The position numbers and the translations under genes were made by a program. DNA of 64,000 nt from Lingula anatina. Lineage: Eukaryota > Animalia > Brachiopoda. Location of the stretch: NCBI GenBank assembly GCA_051362555.1, contig CM120640.1:60118788-60182787 (forward strand), given 5' to 3'. Under the pieces are notes generated by a model. That model was not told where the DNA came from and made no database searches. It was given only the letters and a program-made list of their open reading frames with translations. Of this stretch, positions 56,801 to 64,000 are shown in pieces. Within the stretch, counting starts at the first letter, position 1. The number at the start of each line of letters is the position of its first letter.

Positions 56801-59800
56801 TGAAAGATGCAGGCATGTATTTATTATTTATTTTAGATTTTTTTTATATTTAGAATGAGAAAGTGACATATTGCTATGGATATAAATAACTGATGTATGA
56901 AAGAATTAAGTCATTACACAGTCTTTTTACATATGTTCTTCAGAGGGTATGCTGACAATGAGAGCACGCCCACCTCCACCACAGGACTTTATAGACATAT
57001 TTGCTAAATTCAAATTGTCCTTCAACTTGTTGGTGAGTAAAGTTTTGATTTTGGAACATGATGATAAAATACTGATTAAAAATAAGCAATTTTGCTAAAT
57101 TCAAATTGTCCTTCAACTTGTTGGTGAGTAAAGTTTTGATTTTGGAACATGATGATAAAATACTGATTAAAAATAAGTAATTTTGCTAAATTCAAATTGT
57201 CCTTCAACTTGTTGGTGAGTAAAGTTTTGATTTTGGAACATGATGATAAAATACTGATTAAAAATAAGCAATTTTTTGTTTACTTTGTTAAGCTTTGACT
57301 GTACTGTCAGAAATTTAAAAGACTTGCTAGGTGATGTTGCCCTGTAATTGTTGACATTTTCGTTTGTGCACAGGCCAAGTTGAAGGCACATATCCATGAT
57401 CCCAATGCTCCAGAACTTGTGCATTTCCTGTTCACCCCTCTAAGTCTAGTGGTGGAGGCCAGCAAGGATCCCCGCCATGGAACTCCGGACCTCGCTAGCC
57501 AGGTTATCTCTCCACTGCTCACAGTGCATGCACGGGAACTCCTCCTTAACTGTCTGACATCCAAGGAGATAGACCTTTGGATGTCCCTGGGAGAGCCGTG
57601 GAGTGTACACAGGTATGTGATAAAACCAAAGGCATTGACCTCTTTTTCAGGACTAGAATACTGATTTGAAGAATGGAGTTTGGAATTTTTCAAATTTGTT
57701 TGTGATCAGGGCAGGTGCAATTTTAGAGATGTGGCAAAAGCAACCAGTGGCACATAATATCCCAGGGTCTGGTGTCATGTTTAGTAGACTGTTTGGAGGT
57801 TGACATGAATGCATTAATAGGTAATGGTAATGGTAGTAGCAATGGGATATTTATAAAGTGATGGATAGAATATGTATTGATGTTTGGCCTTCCACACCCT
57901 AGAGTGAGCTAGACACACTACTAGGTCTTATAAATGGCATTATATTGTGAGATATACACTTCTTCTGGCATTCTAACTTTTCAAACATGGACATTAGGCA
58001 GTGAATTTTAGGTAATTAGATTTGTTCTCCAATTAAAAAAAGAAATTGGATTTAAAAAGATTATAAGTTAGCTTTGTACTCTGACAATATTTATTTGTTG
58101 CAAATGTCATGTTGTCAAGTCTGTAATTGCTTCTGTTCCAGGGATGCTTGGAAAGGCTATGTACCTCCTTATGTTCCAAGGTTCTATGATGGCTGGCAGC
58201 CAGGCGGCCCGGTACAGTTTGATGATGATGCTAACTCTGCCATCGCACAAGCTGTTTCCAATCATGCTGCACAGATACGTAATAAAGAACAAATCACTCG
58301 AGCAGTGGGGCAAGTGAGTAGGCCTGTGGTGATGCCTCTGGAGTACCTCATATATGTCTGCACCCCGACTGTGTCTCAAAATTAAATCAGTGTTCTGTCT
58401 TTTGGTCTGGAATGCCGAGATCTTTCTTCTTTGCCAAATTACAGATTAAAATTGTTAATGGAGAAATAAAGAAAGGACATATTAGTTGGAGTGCAGACAT
58501 TGGTTGTAGAATAATATGAACTGATCTAATAGTGTCTGTAGCTGTTTTAATAATATTTGTACTGTCTAGACTACTAACTGGGAGTAGTATAGTAGTATGG
58601 CAGATGTGAACATGTTATTTAACTTTTTCTTGTTTCCTTTCAGTATTAGGTCAACTTTATCTTGTAGAGGTCAGGGTTTAACCAGGATTGATATCATATG
58701 ATTGACATTAATAGGTGGAGAAGTTTCAGGAAAATCTTAGACCCGCCCTTCCTTCATATTTGATAAGTCTTTGGCAGCAAGTAACCCCTGCTCAGTATTT
58801 GACAAAACTGTTGTGACAGCGATTGATTTCTTATTGCTTAAAATAATAAAAAAATTAATTACATTTAATGCAGAAGTTCTGCTTGTGATTTTTACAATCA
58901 CTCCTTATCACATCACAGGCACATTTAACAGTGAATTTCAGAATCAAAGCTTCTGCTTAAAATAGAAAAATGATAAAAATAGAAGTAACAATTTTACTTA
59001 AGTGGGAACTGGATATTTATTAAGATGTATAATAATTACTAGTTGACATGATACATGATGTCAATTACTAACTGGAAAAAGTGAAACTGATCACTGTATG
59101 CAATGTAACGGGCTACTTTGATAACTACTAAAGAATAATATAGTAGTGATTAGAAGGTGAGGCACAATGTGGTATATTATCTAGAAAAACAAACATAGTG
59201 CTCAGGGCTGAAGAATTGGTCAGTTCTAATGCCATGTTTAAAATAATGCCTTCTGGTGTAACTGATTTACTTGTGGGTATTATAACTGCACTGGTTGTGG
59301 TGATCACCATAGTAACAAAGACTAAGACAGAGGCATACTGTCACAAGGGCTGGGAGGGATTTGGGGGAGGGATATGATAACAAGCGTGCAGCAGGTAGGA
59401 TCAGTATGGCAGTGATTTATTTATTTTTTTTTTATTTTTATTGATTAAGAAAAAACAAAGTGTTATTTTAAATGCAGTCTAAGATTCTTAAATTAGATAA
59501 ATATCTGTAGATGCCCAGTATAGGGAATTGATATGTGAACACTCTCACTGATCACTAGGCTACCAAAAGCTATACATATATCCCACATTTCATTATTTTC
59601 TTCATGATTTCCTTAGATGGAAGATCCAACCTATCAGTATGGTCATGGAGGTCCCAATTATAGTGGTCAGGGGTATGGTGCCCCTCCGCCACAGAGGGGA
59701 GAGTCTTTCCGCGATGTACAAAGAAGCAACAGTTTACAATATGGGTAAGATGAGTGATATAATTATATTACATTTGGTTCATATTCTCCTGTCTACCTTG

Positions 59801-62194
59801 TAGGCTGAGGAACATGTGTTACCTGTCCAATCCAATGAGAGACCACATTATAGAGAGACTGTGTTCAGGGACCAACAGCAACAACATCAATACAGCCCCC
59901 AGGAAAATGGTCGAGATACTGACCCATACTTTGACCGTGGTCCACCTTTACCTCCACAAGTGGGTCAGTCAGACCCCAGGTCTGCTGGCTTTCAAGCTTA
60001 TGTTGAAAAACACATTGACAGGTTGGACTCTGTTACTTTCTTGTTCATTTGAATTTGCTTCAATATTGAAATAATTTTATCTCTTAAATATAAGGCTTCT
60101 CTTTGTGTGAAATGTCATTTGTCTTGTTTATGTGCAATAACCTTTCCAGTTCAACTATGTGTGTTTTCATAATCATGACAATCTTAATTAATTTGATAAA
60201 ATAATAATTTCTGTACTTAACTTACTGCTTTGTTTGTTTACTTTAATTGTATATATTAACATGTGTTACAGTTGTCTATGCCTTCATTTGTTGTTCTCAC
60301 TTTCTCTTTCATTTTCACTTTTTCGGCTTTTTTGTTTTACTTTCAAAATAATTTTTCACTTTCAAGACATAACATTCTCATGTATTCATGTATTTGTACT
60401 ACTTGCGTACCAGTGTTGCTTATTTATGCTCAATTAGGGATTCTAACATATTGTGTAACCCATTTTTTGTGTTGAACGTTTCTCATTTAGTTGGCTTTAC
60501 TAATATTTTTTCTTGAAGCAAGTTCAACTGAAACAAGTTGAGTTTAATTGTGCAAACATTTTTAAAGTGTGACTACTTGAACATGCCTTACATACTTAGC
60601 AAGTAAAATCCTACCCCTACTTGCTTGAGACTCTGTGTTGCCTGCTTCCTAGAACCTGTCAAATTTCCCCAGCATTTGTTGCAGCTGTTGATGACCTTAT
60701 GACATAAGCCACCACTGAGATTACCAATATTGATACTGATTTACCAGTTCACCAGTTCTGAATATTATTTCTCATGTTGTCTGTTGTTTCCCTTCTGTAT
60801 ATTCAGTACAAACACAGGGACAGCATGCTGTCATGTGCAACAAGTGTGCCCCTTACCCCTACTATGTAGTACAATACGAAACTTATAGCATGACAGAAGC
60901 AAAGAAAGATGCAGCATGCTGTGATTTAGCAAATGGAGAACGACCTGGAAGATAAGGGTCAAATACCATATGCCTTAAAATATGTGAAGCTGTAACTGAT
61001 GTTTGAACATGCCAGCTGTCCAGTATACACCATGGCAGAAACAACTGTTACATTGTTAGATGACAGCATATCATGGCTTGTCTGGAAATTGCAGTTAACC
61101 TATGTATTACATGGGCAAGTACTGTAAATTCTTTTTAAGTCCAAAAAAAAAAAAAGTTTTGTCCAGTATTTGTAATAAATATATATGTGCTATTATCATT
61201 GGTTATCTAGAAATAGGCAAGCCCAGCATGAGGCCATGGCTCGTAGACAAGAACCTCAGTTGCCCCCAGAGCCCAGAGTTCTCTCCTTTGAGGAAAAGCA
61301 GAAAATATTCTTGAGGGAACTACGCAGTAAAGGAGCAAAGTAAGTGATTACATACACTTAAAATATAATAATACCAACCGAAAGGCTTCAGAAAATGAAT
61401 CTCTTATTATATGTAATTATATGAAAATTAACATCTGATTTCTCACCATGATGAAGAAAATCTGCCATGGAAAGTTTTAAAAGTTTTTTCTTTCCTTTTA
61501 TTCAGGGTTTATGAGGTAATGCATGAACGCAGTGGAAGAAATGCCAAGGAGCTGACTGTCTCAAAAGGAGAAATTTTGGAGGTAGCATACCCATGCAAAG
61601 TACACTAGTGTATAATGGCCTTATCATGGCAATTTTCTTTATAATTAAAAAATTATTTGTTGTTTGTACATGTAACAAGTGTTTTTTTCTTGCAATTAGT
61701 ATTTTGTTAGTTTAAATTATGATTATGATCTTTGATTTTGTTTTACTACACTGACAAAATAAACTGGGTTTTATTCCACTTCACAGGTCTTAGATGATGG
61801 CAGAAACTGGTGGAAACTTAGGAATAGTGAAGGAACTGTTGGGCATGCCCCATACACCATTCTGAAGAAATATGATGATGACAGTGATCCACGTGGACAT
61901 GACTCCTCATTTGATGAAAGGGTAGGAATATGAGCTGAGAAGTATTCTGGGTTGATTGTTATTATTTGTAAACTTAATATTGCCAAAATGAAATTCATGG
62001 TCTCAGTATCTGCTAACTTTATATTGGTTTGCAAAGTACACTCATATTGTACAGCTGTTCTCTTACTTAGATTTACAATATTTTTCAGGATCGTAGAGAC
62101 TTTGGGCGCAGTAATGGTGCCCGCCCTCCACCCCCACCTCCAGGCCCTCCACCACCACCTGTTAATGGGAATTGGAAGCAAGCCAACAGACAAG
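47870..62194 (+). CDS. EPS8: EGFR pathway substrate 8 (EPS8-like), 3'-partial
   Basis: Exons 47870-47928, 49778-49822, 50026-50150, 54294-54404, 54778-54905, 55210-55380, 55548-55609, 56187-56403, 56560-56689, 56944-57032, 57374-57612, 58142-58313, [59617-59744 and/or 59804-60021], 61211-61339, 61506-61581, 61787-61921 and 62089-62194. PTB (YDMDHLATF...EMHIFQC), EGFR-binding region ([44 protein letters not shown]), SH3 ([28 protein letters not shown]). No C-terminal SAM-like region found in the window. Confidence 0.93.
57000..57272 (+). repeat. triple tandem repeat (91-bp unit) spanning an EPS8 exon-intron junction
   Basis: TTTGCTAAATTCAAATTGTCCTTCAACTTGTTG|GTGAGT... three times, with donors at 57033, 57124 and 57215. 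Confidence 0.95.
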
Positions 62195-64000
62195 GTGAAT
62201 ACCGATACTTCTAGACATACAGCAGACCAGGGAGGGGGGGTGGCTGTTGGAATTGTCTGGGTTATAAGTCATGTTCTGGCCAACTTATATTTCAATCTAC
62301 ACTGGTATGTACTATGCCAGAGGAAAAAAGAAATGAAATATCCTTTACTTTTGAATTGCAGATGCTTTATCTTACAATGAATGTAGGATATAGTTCTTTT
62401 CAGCTGTTTTAAGCAAACGTGTTATTTTCCCTATAAAGATTTCTGGAAATGCATTTTAGCCTTGTCTGTTTTGAGTGTTATTGCAAGGCTGCAGGAAAAA
62501 TGACTCAGATACTGAGGATCAGCTATGTTTGTATTATTAGTGTGTTCATTGACTGCTGATATGTAATGTATGACTGTGTATAGCGTGAAGAAGCCTATAA
62601 TAGAGTAGGATAGTTTGTATGTCACCTTATTTCCATTTTTGTGCATCATTTCACATTTATCGGGATAAAAAGAAAAAACAAGCATTATATTTGATTAAAT
62701 ATGTATTGTAAATGCTCATACCTTGCCTTAATCTACTTAAAAAGTCTAAAGCATAAAAAACATTGCTTATATTGTTGCCAAGCTACTCACAAGGTGACAG
62801 ATCATTAAATATAGAATATGTAATTATTTTTATTATGATTTGAATGAGAATGAGTGTTTAACTTGTATAAAAAAATTAATTGTCAACCATAAAATGTAAA
62901 TAATTTAAATGATAAGATAATATATTATACATCACAGTCATTTATCACACAAATTAACACATGTATTGTTATGATCATTAGCTGTATAAAACAAGAATTG
63001 GGTTGTTAGGGGCATCTAAAAGGACATTGTCTAAATACAGTTCTCTTGTCCTTCATTGACATAATATTCAGCAATTTTCAGAGACTAGATTTATATAATT
63101 CATTATGAGTATAATTTTCTTCTCTTTCCCCCCTCAGAATAAAAATGCGAGATATCGAAGATATCTTTATCAGATTCTTTTGGGTTTTAATTCACCCTTA
63201 AAATTTTGTAATAGTAAAACTCTATAGATTTATTAGCCACGTCCCATTATTAGAATATTGACTCTGTGCAATAAGTTTCTCGGAAATTCTTCTTTTAAAC
63301 AATGAAGAGAAAAAGGTAGATGAAAACAAACAAGATGCACTTAATTCTTTAAAAAAACTGTTATCACTGCACATATGATTGTAAGGCACATTATGTTGAT
63401 AATAGTTGAAATATGCTTACAAGAAGTAACTAACCAAAGATATGAATAAGATTACATAATATTTTTTCACATTGATATTTTGTTTTAGAAAGTGCAAACA
63501 TTTTATATAAGATAATTTAGTGTGTAAGATATACTGTATGAAAATTTATCTGTGGTAATTCATAGAATGATTGAATTCAAATTTCACATGATCATTGCCA
63601 ATGAACATTCCAAACAGTTGGTGTTTTGATCTGTCTGTTGTTAATGAATGTTTGTTTATGGAAACATGATTTCATTCATAAAAGCACGTTGTATCTCTCC
63701 TCTAAATGTTTTGTCTGCACTTAATAACCTGTTCTCTAGGTGACCTAATACACTGGGCTTGACTGTGTATCAGTGTGATGGCCTCATTATATCTCTTGCT
63801 TTTTCATTTTAGTTTTGTTCATTAATCTTAACAATTTTTCTTTTACCTGTGGGCATTCTATTTCAGATACAGTACATCCTAAGTGATTGGATTAATTTCT
63901 TTACTAAGAATGTGTTTCTACTTACACATTAATTTTGTATTTCAGTTCTGGTGGTTGTAGATTTGACATAATGCATTGCCATACTTAGCTTTAGCTTCAG

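Overview
AT-rich, intron-rich animal DNA, probably a lophotrochozoan such as a mollusc (inference from gene and repeat content). I reconstructed seven spliced genes by hand from splice sites, exon phases and translation: EGF-CFC/Cripto-like (-, 3' end uncertain), HYI (-), PKMYT1/Myt1 kinase (+), cytosolic NADP-IDH (IDH1, -), a SIX-domain plus TALE-homeodomain ANHX-like gene (+), BET1 (-) and EPS8 (+, continues past the window end). The window also holds a deleted Ty3/Gypsy LTR element with a 4-bp TSD, a ~5.2-kb non-autonomous Helentron/HINE-like element with internal ~160-bp satellite arrays, several MITEs and microsatellites. The most notable signals are: (1) the IDH1 stop TGA-CTG is followed in frame by LAAGEAQGLSKL-stop, a hidden peroxisomal PTS1 reachable by stop-codon readthrough; (2) a homeobox gene joins a SIX-type domain to a 63-aa TALE homeodomain and resembles vertebrate ANHX; (3) the EGF-CFC gene has Ile where Cripto has the Nodal-critical Thr; (4) PKMYT1 has a U12-type intron; (5) HYI has a possible mitochondrial presequence; (6) EPS8 has candidate mutually exclusive exons and a triplicated splice donor. 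Homology calls come from recalled family motifs, not database searches.
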